A stretch of DNA of 64,000 bases from Coriobacteriia bacterium (GTDB lineage: Bacteria > Actinomycetota > Coriobacteriia > Anaerosomatales > PALSA-660), in assembly GCA_036507895.1 (NCBI GenBank), contig DATCIG010000068.1, forward strand, positions 11,046 through 75,045. The letters run 5' to 3'. A model generated the notes under the pieces. It had not been told where the DNA came from and did no database searches. It was given only the letters and a program-made list of their open reading frames with translations. How positions within the stretch are numbered: the stretch's first letter is position 1; each line of letters begins with the position of its first letter. Positions 48,787-57,549 of the stretch are shown piece by piece. The position numbers and the translations under genes were made by a program.

Positions 48787-48963
48787 CTAGTCGGTCTCGA
48801 CGATCTCCTTGCCCTTGTACGTGCCACACGAGCCGCAGACGCGATGCGGCAACTTGGGCTGATGACACTGCGGGCACACGGACAGGGCCGGCGCCTCGAG
48901 GTGGTCGTGCGCGCGACGGCTGTCACGCACCGCCTTGCTTGTCTTTCGCTTCGGGACAGGCAT
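48787..48963 (-). CDS. rpmF: 50S ribosomal protein L32 (zinc-ribbon form)
   Basis: ORF 48787..48975. ATG 48963 lies behind AGGAGTGAGGA. Contains [16 protein letters not shown] and CPQC...CGSCG. Confidence 0.95.
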   Translation of the reverse strand: MPVPKRKTSKAVRDSRRAHDHLEAPALSVCPQCHQPKLPHRVCGSCGTYKGKEIVETD

Positions 48964-49080
48964 GTCGTTCCTCACTCCTGCGTTGTCGACGCACCGGCGG
49001 CACCCAAAAGCCGATGTGCCCGTTTGTGCGGTTCCTTCATCTCCGTGCGCCCCCGGTACAGCCGCGGGGTGCAGCGACGG

Positions 49081-49089
49081 ATTCTAGCA
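49081..49089 (-). promoter_or_regulatory. extended -10 TGCTAGAAT, candidate rpmF promoter
   Basis: The minus strand reads gtgTGCTAGAATccg, 19 nt after the yceD stop. Identical core to the element at 6615..6623. Implies a leader of about 110 nt. Confidence 0.4.
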
Positions 49090-49107
49090 CACGCCGGCGA
49101 CGCGATG

Positions 49108-49641
49108 CTACGGCGTATCCGTATCCTTCAGGTGCAGATCGCGCAACGTCTCGAACGGCGATGACGTCGAGGGCGACTCGCACCCACAGGGGTCGATGTT
49201 GCGGTCCCGCCCGCAGGTCGGGCAGATGCCGAGGCAATCCTCATCGTGAAGCGGCGCGAAAGGCAGCTCCATGACAAGGGAACCGAGTACGGCGGGCTCG
49301 AGGTCGATGCTCATGTCATCGGCGATGAATTCGAACTCCTGTTCTTCCGGCAGGCCCGACTCATGGCCGGGCATGACGTAGAAGCCGTCGACGTCCGCGC
49401 TGACGGTCAGGTGCGCATCGCACAGGCAACGGGAACACGGCGTGATCACATCGGCCGAGACAGTGCCCTGCGCGACCACGCCGGCTCCGGCATAGGTGAG
49501 CTCGACCTCGAAAGTGAGCGGACCGTCGAAGCGATACGCCTGAGCGCCCAGCTCGACGTCGGGCGCAGTGATCTCGCCCGTCACGGTGCGAGACGAGGCA
49601 AGGGATTCGAGGACCCCGCGGACTGTCGTGCGATACGACAT
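49108..49641 (-). CDS. yceD: YceD/DUF177 family protein
   Basis: 177 aa with paired Cys motifs (CSRCL, CPTCGRD...C.C). Conserved partner directly upstream of rpmF. Confidence 0.9.
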   Translation of the reverse strand: MSYRTTVRGVLESLASSRTVTGEITAPDVELGAQAYRFDGPLTFEVELTYAGAGVVAQGTVSADVITPCSRCLCDAHLTVSADVDGFYVMPGHESGLPEEQEFEFIADDMSIDLEPAVLGSLVMELPFAPLHDEDCLGICPTCGRDRNIDPCGCESPSTSSPFETLRDLHLKDTDTP

Positions 49642-49656
49642 GGCGCTGACCGGCGC

Positions 49657-50115
49657 CTACTGGCGCTGGTTGACCTTGCCTTGGAGGCGGTCGCGTCCAC
49701 GCTGTACTGCCGTCAGGAGCTTGCCGAGGTTGACCTCGAGGTTCGCGAGCATCTCATCGGCGTAATCCTCGGCACCGAGCCGGATCTCGCGCTCGGCCTG
49801 CTTGGCGTCATCGAGGATCGAGGCCGCCTGCTCCTGTGCGCGACGTACGACTTCCTGCTCGGAAGCCATGGACTCGGCGCGATCGCGCGCCTCCTCGAGG
49901 ATGCGGTTCGCTTCCTTCTCCGCCTCCTCGAGCATCTCCTGGCGCTCCTTGACGATCCAGCGCGCCTGCTTGAGCTCGTCGGGGAAGTTGCCCCGGATCT
50001 CGTCGATGATCTCGTAGACCTTCTCGATGTCCACGAGGCGTCCGCGCATCAGAGGCACGGAGCGGCCGGTGTCCATCGACTCTTCGATACGGTCGATCAG
50101 GGCCATGACATCCAT
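49657..50115 (-). CDS. hypothetical coiled-coil protein (ATP-synthase-b/E-like charged helix), function unknown
   Basis: 152 aa, highly charged with heptad-like stretches (KERQEMLEEAEKEANRILEEARDRAE...). Compact spacing: 15 nt to both coaD and yceD. Confidence 0.75.
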   Translation of the reverse strand: MDVMALIDRIEESMDTGRSVPLMRGRLVDIEKVYEIIDEIRGNFPDELKQARWIVKERQEMLEEAEKEANRILEEARDRAESMASEQEVVRRAQEQAASILDDAKQAEREIRLGAEDYADEMLANLEVNLGKLLTAVQRGRDRLQGKVNQRQ

Positions 50116-50130
50116 CGTATGGATCCTTTC

Positions 50131-50622
50131 CTACCGTCCGGTGCCGAGACGTTCGACCAGCCGCTTGTTCACGTGGGCGGGAACCAGCCCCTCGACTGAT
50201 CCCCCGTGCCCCGCGATCTGCTTGACCGCCGAAGAACTCAGATACATGTAATCGGGGATCGAGACGATGAACATGGTCTCGATCGCACTGTCGATCCTGT
50301 AGTTCAACTGCGCCATTTGGAACTCGCGTTCGAAGTCCGTGACCGCGCGCAGGCCTTTGACGATGACAGTCGCCTCGACCTGCCGCGCCAAGTCTACCAG
50401 AAGCGAATCGAACTGACGCACGGTGACATTGGGAAGATGCGAGGTCACCGCCGTGGCCATCTCGACGCGCTCCTCAGGAGTGAACAGAGGGCCACCGCCC
50501 TTGTCCGCCGAGACCGCGACCGCGACCACCACCTCGTCGAAGATCGCAGCGGCGCGCTCGACGATATCGAGGTGGCCGCTGGTCATCGGGTCGAATGTAC
50601 CGGGACAGACAGCGCGCTTCAC
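50131..50622 (-). CDS. coaD: pantetheine-phosphate adenylyltransferase
   Basis: 163 aa with AVCPGTFDPMTSGHLDIVERA. GTGA overlap with the rsmD stop. Confidence 0.95.
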   Translation of the reverse strand: MKRAVCPGTFDPMTSGHLDIVERAAAIFDEVVVAVAVSADKGGGPLFTPEERVEMATAVTSHLPNVTVRQFDSLLVDLARQVEATVIVKGLRAVTDFEREFQMAQLNYRIDSAIETMFIVSIPDYMYLSSSAVKQIAGHGGSVEGLVPAHVNKRLVERLGTGR

Positions 50623-51203
50623 TCGACCCTCCCCTCGCCGTAGTACCGGAGCAGCGTCACGGAGGTATCACCGTAACGGTACGTGCGCTCCTGCGCGAAT
50701 CCATCGGGCTCAGGAACGGCGCCCCCCGCCGAATGCTCCCACGCCACCGCCGCTCCGTCGGCGATCGCACCGGCAGCTCCAAGGGAGAGTAGACGGTTGA
50801 CCACTCGCTTGCTGTCGATTCTATAAGGTGGGTCGACGAACAGCAAAGTGAAAGGACCGGCCTTCGCGAAGCGACCGGGCATGATCGCCAGGGCGTCACC
50901 ATCGAACACCGTGACGCGATCGGTGAGACCAAGCGCCTTCGTGTTCTCCGCGATCACCTTCAGTGCTGCGCGGTCCTTCTCGACCAGCACGGCACGTGCC
51001 GCACCGCGCGAGAGCGACTCGAAAGCCAAGGCGCCCGAGCCCGCGAACAGGTCGAGCACCACGCCCCCGCCGAGGTCGGCTCCGAGCCGGTTGACGAGTG
51101 AGGACATCACCGCCTCGCGTACCCGATCGCTCGTCGGGCGCGTACCCTCGCCGATCGGTGCTGCGAGCTTGCGCCCCTTCAATGCTCCGCCGACGATCCT
51201 CAT
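50619..51203 (-). CDS. rsmD: 16S rRNA (guanine966-N2)-methyltransferase
   Basis: ORF 50619..51218 trimmed to ATG 51203 (ATGA overlap with the recG stop). Contains VLDLFAGSGALAFESLSRGA and DPPY. Confidence 0.9.
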   Translation of the reverse strand: MRIVGGALKGRKLAAPIGEGTRPTSDRVREAVMSSLVNRLGADLGGGVVLDLFAGSGALAFESLSRGAARAVLVEKDRAALKVIAENTKALGLTDRVTVFDGDALAIMPGRFAKAGPFTLLFVDPPYRIDSKRVVNRLLSLGAAGAIADGAAVAWEHSAGGAVPEPDGFAQERTYRYGDTSVTLLRYYGEGRVE

Positions 51204-53389
51204 CCGCTGCTCACCCATTCCCAGTCGCGTCCGAAACTATTCCGCGCCGCCCGTAGAAGCGGCGCGTGTCTTGGGTCCTCAAGATGCGGGTCGCACGATA
51301 GCATCTCGCGCGCATCGCTGCGGGCAGCCTCGACCAGATCGCCGTCGTGTAGGACCGAGGCGAGTCGAAGCTCGGGCAACCCATGTTGACGCTCACCGAG
51401 GACCTGACCCTCCCCGCGCAGCCGGAGGTCCTCCTCCGCGAGTTCGAAACCGTCCGCGGTCGAGGTGATCGCCTTCATGCGGCTTCGCGCTTCGTCGGTC
51501 TTGGGATCGGCGAAGAGCAGGACCGCGCCGCCGTGCTCGCCGCGTCCCACCCGCCCGCGTAGCTGGTGGAGCTGCGCCAACCCGAACCGGTCCGCGTCCT
51601 CGATGATCATGACGGTCGCATTGGGAACATCGACACCCACTTCCACGACCGTGGTCGCGACGAGGATGTCGAGCTTTCCTCCACGGAACGCGGCCATGGC
51701 GGCCGCCTTCTCCGCCGGGCGCATCTGCCCCGTCAGCAGACCGACGCGCAGCCCGCGGAACACCCTCGTCCTGAGCCGCTCCGCTTCCCGGACCGCGGCC
51801 TTCGCCTCCACAGTGTCGGATTCGTCGACGAGCGCGCAGATCACGTAGGCCTGACGTCCGGCGGCGATCGCCACGCGCACGGACTCGTACGCCTCATCGC
51901 GGCCGGAGCGGTGGACGAGACGTGTCGTGACACGATCGCGCTCGCGCCCCGGAGGTGACTCGCGGAGGTAGCTGGCGTCAAGGTCGCCGTAGAGGGTGAG
52001 CGCGAGAGACCGGGGGATGGGCGTCGCCGTCATGACCAGGAGGTCGGCGGACTCCCCCTTCCCGCGAAGACCGAGGCGTTGCGTGACCCCGAAACGGTGC
52101 TGCTCGTCGACGATGGCCAGCGTCAGCTTCTTGAAGGTCACGTGCTCGGTCAACAGCGCGTGGGTGCCCAGGAGCACGCTGATGGTCCCTGCTGCCAGTG
52201 CGGCCAAAGTCTCGCGACGCTCCGCAGCCGGAGTGGACCCCGTCAGGAGCCGCCAGCCCACACCCGCCGCGTCGAGCAGATCTCCGACCGCGTGGGCGTA
52301 CTGCCGTGCCAGCACCTCGGTCGGAGCCATCATCGCGGCCTGTGTCCCGGAGTCGGCGACCGCGGCCAGGGCGAGCGCCGCGACGACGGTCTTGCCCGTC
52401 CCGACGTCGCCCAGGAGCATTCGGTTCATCGGACGTTCCGCGCCCATGTCCGAAAGGATCTCGGCAGCCGCGCGTTGCTGGTCGGACGTCAGCGCGAACG
52501 GCACAGCATCGAGCAGGGCGCGCTGATACGGCCCGTCGATGACATGGCGATGACCGGGACGCTCCTCGACCATGGCGTGCCTGCGCCAGGCCATCCCCAC
52601 CTGGATCGTCAGCAGCTCGTCGAAGGCGAGCCGCCTCCGGGCAGCGTCCCTGGACTCGATGTCCTGGGGGAAGTGGATCGAGCGCAGCGCCGATGAGAGC
52701 GGCATGAGCCCATGATGGACGCGCAACTGTGCCGGGAGGTGATCGGGGACATCAGCGAACTGGTCCAGCGCTTCGGCCACGAGACGGCGGATCCAATTGG
52801 AGGAGAGCCCGTCGGTCGCCGCGTGGACCGGAAGCAGTCGTCCGAGCCACGACGCGTCGTCGGACGATCCGAGCCGCTCCACGAACGGCGTGCGCATCTG
52901 GCGCAGGCCGAATTCCATGTTGACGGTCCCGGCGAAAGCGACGCGGTCGCCGGGGCGAAAGCGCTGCTGCAGATACGGCTGGTTGAACCAGACACCGACC
53001 AGGACGCCGCTGTCGTCCACCAGCGCGACCTCGGTGATAGAGAGCCGCGGTCGCGGGTGCTTGACGATGACCTCGTGCACCGTGCCGACAGCGGTCGCCT
53101 CGACCCCGAGCGGGAGCGACCCGAGCGGAGCCGTGGTGCGCAGGTCCAACCAGCGGTGCGGATAGTGCCGGAGCAGGTCGCCCACCGTGGTGATGCCCAG
53201 GCGGCCCAAAGCCTCGGCTCGTGGGGCGTCGACGTATCGGACAGCCGTGACCGGTTCGTCGAACGCGGAGAGTCGCTGCGCGCGTCCCGCGCCGGTACGG
53301 CTCACCGCGATGTCATCTCGCAGGCGCGTAGCCGACGCCGACGGTGCGCGGGCCCACATGCGTGCCGATGACGGAACCGATCTCGTCAC
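51200..53389 (-). CDS. recG: ATP-dependent DNA helicase RecG
   Basis: Wedge domain plus helicase motifs LLGDVGTGKTVVAALA, DEQHRFG and QLRGRVGRG. The start is uncertain: GTG 53389 and ATG 53359 overlap fakB by 77 and 47 nt, while GTG 53305 would remove the overlap. Confidence 0.9.
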   Translation of the reverse strand: MTRSVPSSARMWARAPSASATRLRDDIAVSRTGAGRAQRLSAFDEPVTAVRYVDAPRAEALGRLGITTVGDLLRHYPHRWLDLRTTAPLGSLPLGVEATAVGTVHEVIVKHPRPRLSITEVALVDDSGVLVGVWFNQPYLQQRFRPGDRVAFAGTVNMEFGLRQMRTPFVERLGSSDDASWLGRLLPVHAATDGLSSNWIRRLVAEALDQFADVPDHLPAQLRVHHGLMPLSSALRSIHFPQDIESRDAARRRLAFDELLTIQVGMAWRRHAMVEERPGHRHVIDGPYQRALLDAVPFALTSDQQRAAAEILSDMGAERPMNRMLLGDVGTGKTVVAALALAAVADSGTQAAMMAPTEVLARQYAHAVGDLLDAAGVGWRLLTGSTPAAERRETLAALAAGTISVLLGTHALLTEHVTFKKLTLAIVDEQHRFGVTQRLGLRGKGESADLLVMTATPIPRSLALTLYGDLDASYLRESPPGRERDRVTTRLVHRSGRDEAYESVRVAIAAGRQAYVICALVDESDTVEAKAAVREAERLRTRVFRGLRVGLLTGQMRPAEKAAAMAAFRGGKLDILVATTVVEVGVDVPNATVMIIEDADRFGLAQLHQLRGRVGRGEHGGAVLLFADPKTDEARSRMKAITSTADGFELAEEDLRLRGEGQVLGERQHGLPELRLASVLHDGDLVEAARSDAREMLSCDPHLEDPRHAPLLRAARNSFGRDWEWVSSG

Positions 53390-54164
53390 ACGACATCTGT
53401 GCGATATCCGTGCCCGCCGAGCGGATCGCGTTCATCAACTCGTCGGCGAGGTTCTGTGCGACCGCGTGCACCACCACGATCTTCAAGGGCCCGAGCTTCC
53501 GTGACTCACCGGCGACGTGCTCCGCCATCTCGCGTATCGCGCGGTTCGTACCCTTGCACTTCTTGAACGGCTCGATGAGGCCACCGGTCACGCGCAGGAT
53601 GGGCTTGATGTTGAGCAGGGCGGCGGCCATCCCCTGAGAACGGCCGGCCCGGCCGCCCTTGACGAGGTAGTCGAGCGTGTCGATGACGAAGAACAGCTCG
53701 CTCTCCGCGACGGCGTCCAGGGCGGCCTTCTCGACGGTATCGAGGTCGGCTCCGGTGTCCCGAGCGGCGCAGGCCGCCTCGATGGCGAAGTCCATCCCGC
53801 AGGAGACGAAGGTCGAGTCGATGACGCGCACCGGCACCGGAGAGTTCTCCGCGGCCATCAGAGCGGACTCCACCGTGCCGGACAACTTGGCCGACAGATG
53901 GATCGAGACGATGCCCTCGGCACCCTCGTCAGCGAGGGTGCGATACACCAGGGCGAAGTCACCCGGCGTCGGCTGAGAGGTCGTGGGCAACTGCGCGGCT
54001 GAGCGAAGCTTCGGGAAGAACTGCTCGGGAGTGAGTTCCACCCAGTCCCTGTAGGCGCCGTCGCCGAAGTGCACCATAAGGGGAACCATCGTCACGCCGG
54101 CGGCTGCCAACGCATCGGGCCCACGGTCGCACGTGCTGTCGGTCACTACGGCGATACGAGGCAT
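53313..54164 (-). CDS. fakB: DegV family fatty-acid-binding protein (FakB-type)
   Basis: 283 aa beginning IAVVTDSTCD, DegV fold family. Lies directly downstream of a DAK2 (FakA-type) gene. Confidence 0.9.
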   Translation of the reverse strand: MPRIAVVTDSTCDRGPDALAAAGVTMVPLMVHFGDGAYRDWVELTPEQFFPKLRSAAQLPTTSQPTPGDFALVYRTLADEGAEGIVSIHLSAKLSGTVESALMAAENSPVPVRVIDSTFVSCGMDFAIEAACAARDTGADLDTVEKAALDAVAESELFFVIDTLDYLVKGGRAGRSQGMAAALLNIKPILRVTGGLIEPFKKCKGTNRAIREMAEHVAGESRKLGPLKIVVVHAVAQNLADELMNAIRSAGTDIAQMSCDEIGSVIGTHVGPRTVGVGYAPAR

Positions 54165-54176
54165 GCAGGTACCTCT

Positions 54177-55802
54177 CTACTCGACGGCCATAATGAGCGG
54201 GTAGAGCGGCTGCTCGCCCCGATGCGTCTCGATCTCCAGATCAGGGTGCGCTTGCGACATATCGGCTGCGATCCTCTCCAGCGTGACGTCGTCGATGTCA
54301 GCGCCGCCCAGCAGTGTCACGGTCTCCCCGTCCTCGGTGATCAGGTCGAGGAGCCGGAGCGCGACATCGGCGATATCCGAACCGATGACCTCGATCTCGT
54401 GATCGACGATGCCGATGATCTGCCCCGCCTTGATCTTGCCCGCCTTACCCTTCGAGTCTTTGATGGCCGTCGTTATCTCGCCGGTACGGACCGCGTCGGC
54501 AGCCTGCGTCATCGCGGCGAGGTTCTCCTCGAGTGATACGTCCGGATCGGCTGCGAGCAGCGCTGAGAACGCCTGAGGCACCGACGTCGTCGGAACGACG
54601 GCCACGGGCTTGCCCGCGATGCCGATCGTCTGGTTCGCCGCGAGGATGATGTTCCGGTTGTTCGGGAAGACCATTACCGATTGCGCCGGGACACGCTCGA
54701 TGGCTTCGAGGAGCTCGGCGGTGGAGGGGTTCATGGTCTGCCCGCCTGAGACGATCTCGTCGACGCCAAGGCTCCGGAGGATGTCGGCGAGTCCGCTGCC
54801 GGCGGCTACGGCGACGAACCCGAGCGGCTTTGTGGAAGCGGCCTGGGCACGCAGTTCCGCGGAACGCGCTTCGGTCTGACGACGCATGTTGTGGATGTGG
54901 ACCTCGGCGACCTCGCCCAGCTTGAGCGCGAAGCCCAGTGCCTGTGAGGGGTCGTCTGTATGGACATGGATCTTGAGTTCTTCGGGCGAGCCGACCACGA
55001 GTTGCGAACCACCGATCGAGACCATGTGGTCTTCGATCGCCTCCCGGTCCAAGCCCTGTCCGAACAGGAGGAACTCGGTGCAGTACAGGTACTCGTCGTC
55101 GTCCCAGTCGTTCTCGGGGCCGACCTCGGGCATCTGGCCCGTACTACGGACGGTCACATCGAAGTTCCGCAGGCCCTTGCCCTCGAGGACATCGGCAAAA
55201 CCCTCCATGAGGATCGCAAGGCCATATCCTCCGGCATCGACGACCCCCGCCTCCTTGAGCACGGGAAGCAGGTCGGGGGTGCGCTTCACCGAGGCGTAGG
55301 CCTCGTCGACGGCCGCTGCGAGCACCGTTGCGATATCAGCGTCCTCCTGCTCCGCCACCGGACGGGCGGCGTCGGCCGCATCGCGCAGTACCGTGAGGAT
55401 GGTCCCCTCGACCGGACGACGGACCGCCTGGAACGCGACCGAGACGGCGCGATCGAGGCACTCGGAGATCAGGGCCGCATCGATGCGTTCGGCGGAGACC
55501 AGCGGTTCACAGAGGCCGCGCAGTATCTGAGAAAGGATGACACCGGAGTTGCCACGAGCGCCCATCAGAGAGCTGTGGGTCACCGCGTGACAGATCTCCT
55601 CCAGGGACGCATCGACGCCCAGCTTGGCGACCTCGGCCATGACCGAGTCCATGGTGAGCGACATGTTCGTCCCGGTGTCCCCATCGGGCACCGGGAAGAC
55701 ATTGAGTCTGTTTACCTCATCGCGACGGCCCTTGAGGGCGTCAGCCGCCGCCGTGATGAGTGAGATGGCTGAAGTCGACTCGTTCGCATCGGTCGAAGTC
55801 AC
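54177..55802 (-). CDS. fakA: DAK2 domain protein (YloV/FakA-type fatty acid kinase subunit)
   Basis: 541 aa with the N-terminal Dak2 motif VPDGDTGTNM and a C-terminal DegV-like/uncharacterised domain. Shows the asp23-yloV arrangement seen in Firmicutes. Confidence 0.9.
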   Translation of the reverse strand: MTSTDANESTSAISLITAAADALKGRRDEVNRLNVFPVPDGDTGTNMSLTMDSVMAEVAKLGVDASLEEICHAVTHSSLMGARGNSGVILSQILRGLCEPLVSAERIDAALISECLDRAVSVAFQAVRRPVEGTILTVLRDAADAARPVAEQEDADIATVLAAAVDEAYASVKRTPDLLPVLKEAGVVDAGGYGLAILMEGFADVLEGKGLRNFDVTVRSTGQMPEVGPENDWDDDEYLYCTEFLLFGQGLDREAIEDHMVSIGGSQLVVGSPEELKIHVHTDDPSQALGFALKLGEVAEVHIHNMRRQTEARSAELRAQAASTKPLGFVAVAAGSGLADILRSLGVDEIVSGGQTMNPSTAELLEAIERVPAQSVMVFPNNRNIILAANQTIGIAGKPVAVVPTTSVPQAFSALLAADPDVSLEENLAAMTQAADAVRTGEITTAIKDSKGKAGKIKAGQIIGIVDHEIEVIGSDIADVALRLLDLITEDGETVTLLGGADIDDVTLERIAADMSQAHPDLEIETHRGEQPLYPLIMAVE

Positions 55803-56146
55803 TTGCGCACCTTGATGCCCTGGATGTGAATGTTCACCGCGTCGACGCGAACCTCGGCATTGCTGGTCACGACGTACTTCACGCGATCGGACATGTTGTG
55901 CGCGACCTCGGCGAGGTTGGTGCCGTACTCGGCGACGACGTACAGGTCGACGACGACCCCCTCACCGTCGCTCGTGACACGCACGCCCTTGCGGAGCTTG
56001 TCGAGCGAGAGCAGCTGAGCCACGCCGTCACGCAGCGTGGGACTCGCCATGCCGACGATGCCGTAGCATTCGAGCGCGGCGTAGCCCGCGATGTCCGCTA
56101 CCACGTCGTTGTCGATCTGGATGCTGCCGGTGCATGGTGCGGTCAT
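55799..56146 (-). CDS. Asp23/Gls24 family envelope stress protein
   Basis: 115 aa, matched to the family by sequence and by its position upstream of the DAK2 gene. Confidence 0.9.
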   Translation of the reverse strand: MTAPCTGSIQIDNDVVADIAGYAALECYGIVGMASPTLRDGVAQLLSLDKLRKGVRVTSDGEGVVVDLYVVAEYGTNLAEVAHNMSDRVKYVVTSNAEVRVDAVNIHIQGIKVRK

Positions 56147-56409
56147 GCTTCCACCTCACTGTCGTTGCTGTCGAGCGCGTTCAGGTCGGCGATGAGACCG
56201 TCGACCGGGATGTCATGCATCGTCGCGACTGAGGCAAGTGTCTCCATGTCGGCCGCCAGGCACATCGGACAACCGAGGCTGTAGCGCTCGAACACGGCGG
56301 CGGAACCCTCGAGGGAGTTCAGGACGTCCCTGATGAGCGTGTCGCGTGTATATGCCGCCATCGATCTGCCCCGATCTTCGCCCAAGTCGTACCGACCCAA
56401 CACCACCAT
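56143..56409 (-). CDS. DUF1858 domain protein (small CxxC redox-disulfide type)
   Basis: The domain core AAYTRDTLIRDVL...FERYSLGCPMCLAADMETLASVATMHDIPVDGLIADLN matches DUF1858. The start is ambiguous: ATG 56409, possibly leaderless 7 nt after CATACT, or ATG 56361. Confidence 0.7.
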   Translation of the reverse strand: MVVLGRYDLGEDRGRSMAAYTRDTLIRDVLNSLEGSAAVFERYSLGCPMCLAADMETLASVATMHDIPVDGLIADLNALDSNDSEVEA

Positions 56410-56416
56410 CGCGCGC

Positions 56417-56429
56417 AGTATGGAGTATA
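56417..56429 (-). promoter_or_regulatory. tandem -10-like hexamers TATACT/CATACT upstream of the DUF1858-asp23-fakA operon
   Basis: The minus strand reads gtTATACTCCATACTgcgcgcgATG. The TATACTCC core also precedes the M23 peptidase gene at 59449..59456. Confidence 0.35.
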
Positions 56430-56476
56430 ACCGTGACTCGGGCGTTCTCGCACTCCAGGGCTGTTCGGGGTGATGG

Positions 56477-56506
56477 TTGAGGCGCCCCCGTCTCCTGTGC
56501 TACCAT
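56477..56506 (+). promoter_or_regulatory. candidate rpmB promoter (-35 TTGAGG, 18 nt, extended -10 TGCTACCAT)
   Basis: On the plus strand, TTGAGG at 56477..56482 and TACCAT at 56501..56506, preceded by TGC. The leader is about 65 nt. Confidence 0.4.
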
Positions 56507-56578
56507 GCCCTGCGCTTCACCTCGAAGAAAACGCACCCGCGCGTATCGACCGCGACGGGCTGACCAAGGAGATACACG

Positions 56579-56767
56579 ATGTCGCAGGTATGCAGTGTGT
56601 GCGGGAAGCATCCCGCGGCGGGCCGCAACGTGAGCCACTCCCACCGCGTGACGAACCGGATCATCCGGCCGAACATCCAGCGTGTTCACGCTCTGGTCGA
56701 CGGCACCGTCAAGCAGGTCAATGTCTGCACGAAGTGCATGAAGGCCGGCAAGGTCACCCGGGGCTAA
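56579..56767 (+). CDS. rpmB: 50S ribosomal protein L28 (zinc-ribbon form)
   Basis: 62 aa with CSVCGK...[13 protein letters not shown]...CTKC. AAGGAG RBS. Confidence 0.95.
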   Translation: MSQVCSVCGKHPAAGRNVSHSHRVTNRIIRPNIQRVHALVDGTVKQVNVCTKCMKAGKVTRG

Positions 56768-56816
56768 CCGCCCGGGCGCCGAGTTCTCCGCACGTATCGA
56801 TCCGCGCGAAATCAAA

Positions 56817-56858
56817 GTGCCGGGTCGGGTCCCCCGAAAAGGGGCTCCGACCCGGCAC
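56817..56858. terminator. bidirectional intrinsic terminator between convergent rpmB and thiN
   Basis: 12-bp perfect stem GTGCCGGGTCGG / CCGACCCGGCAC. Followed by TTCTTTG on the plus strand and preceded by AAA (a U-run for the minus strand). Confidence 0.7.
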
Positions 56859-56907
56859 TTCTTTGCGTCGGCGACAGACGATGCGTCTATTCTCGACCGT
56901 CCTATGC

Positions 56908-57549
56908 TCAGTCCACATCATCGACGGAGAGTACGAGCAGACGGCCCTGCTCGACGCTCACGGTGATGTCGGCGTCGAGGGCCTCGTTGCTCACCCCGCG
57001 CCCGCTCAAGGGCTGTAGCACCTGGCCGGCCAGCTCCCACCGGCCTCCCCGTGCGGTCACGCCGCTGCAGGCCTCCAGCGCGATGATGCTGAATGTGGAG
57101 CCGACAGGCAGTCGCAGCCGCAGAGGATGGGCGGGGTCAGCGGTCCATGCGCGCCAATCCGGTTCGGCGATGCGCGCCTGCGCACCCGCGCGCGTCAGGA
57201 GCCCGATCGCCGCCAGCGTGTGGTCGAGTCTGCCCGTGAACGCCGCAGTGATGCAGATCGGCGCCGTCCAGTGCCGAAGCGCCACATCGACGGCGATCTC
57301 CAAGTCGGTGAGGGCCTTGTCCGTCGGGAACCGCTCGATGCTCGCGCCCAGTCCGGTCAGCCTGTCGACAGCGCCCTCACTGGAACTGTCGAAGTCACCC
57401 ACCACGAAGTCAGGCACTCGCCCGAGGCGGACGCACCATTCGCCGGCCGCATCGGCGGCCACCACATGGGCGGCCTCCGAGAGCAGCGCGCCGTAGAAGG
57501 CCTCGGCCCCGGCGATCGGGGCAGCACCGACGACGAGGATCTCGTTCAT
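56908..57549 (-). CDS. thiN: thiamine diphosphokinase
   Basis: The track ORF 56908..58182 is a composite. The real start is ATG 57549 (ATGA overlap with the thiT stop), giving MNEILVVGAAP...VVGDFDS..., 213 aa. Confidence 0.85.
   Translation of the reverse strand: MNEILVVGAAPIAGAEAFYGALLSEAAHVVAADAAGEWCVRLGRVPDFVVGDFDSSSEGAVDRLTGLGASIERFPTDKALTDLEIAVDVALRHWTAPICITAAFTGRLDHTLAAIGLLTRAGAQARIAEPDWRAWTADPAHPLRLRLPVGSTFSIIALEACSGVTARGGRWELAGQVLQPLSGRGVSNEALDADITVSVEQGRLLVLSVDDVD

Noticed and set aside
53305-53389. An apparent 77-nt overlap between the recG start and the fakB (DegV) 3' end, which could suggest a dual-coding or frameshift feature.
   Set aside because: This is most likely a start-codon assignment issue. 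In-frame alternatives exist at ATG 53359 and at GTG 53305, the latter lying after the fakB stop. No slippery sequence or conserved N-terminal RecG motif requires the long form.
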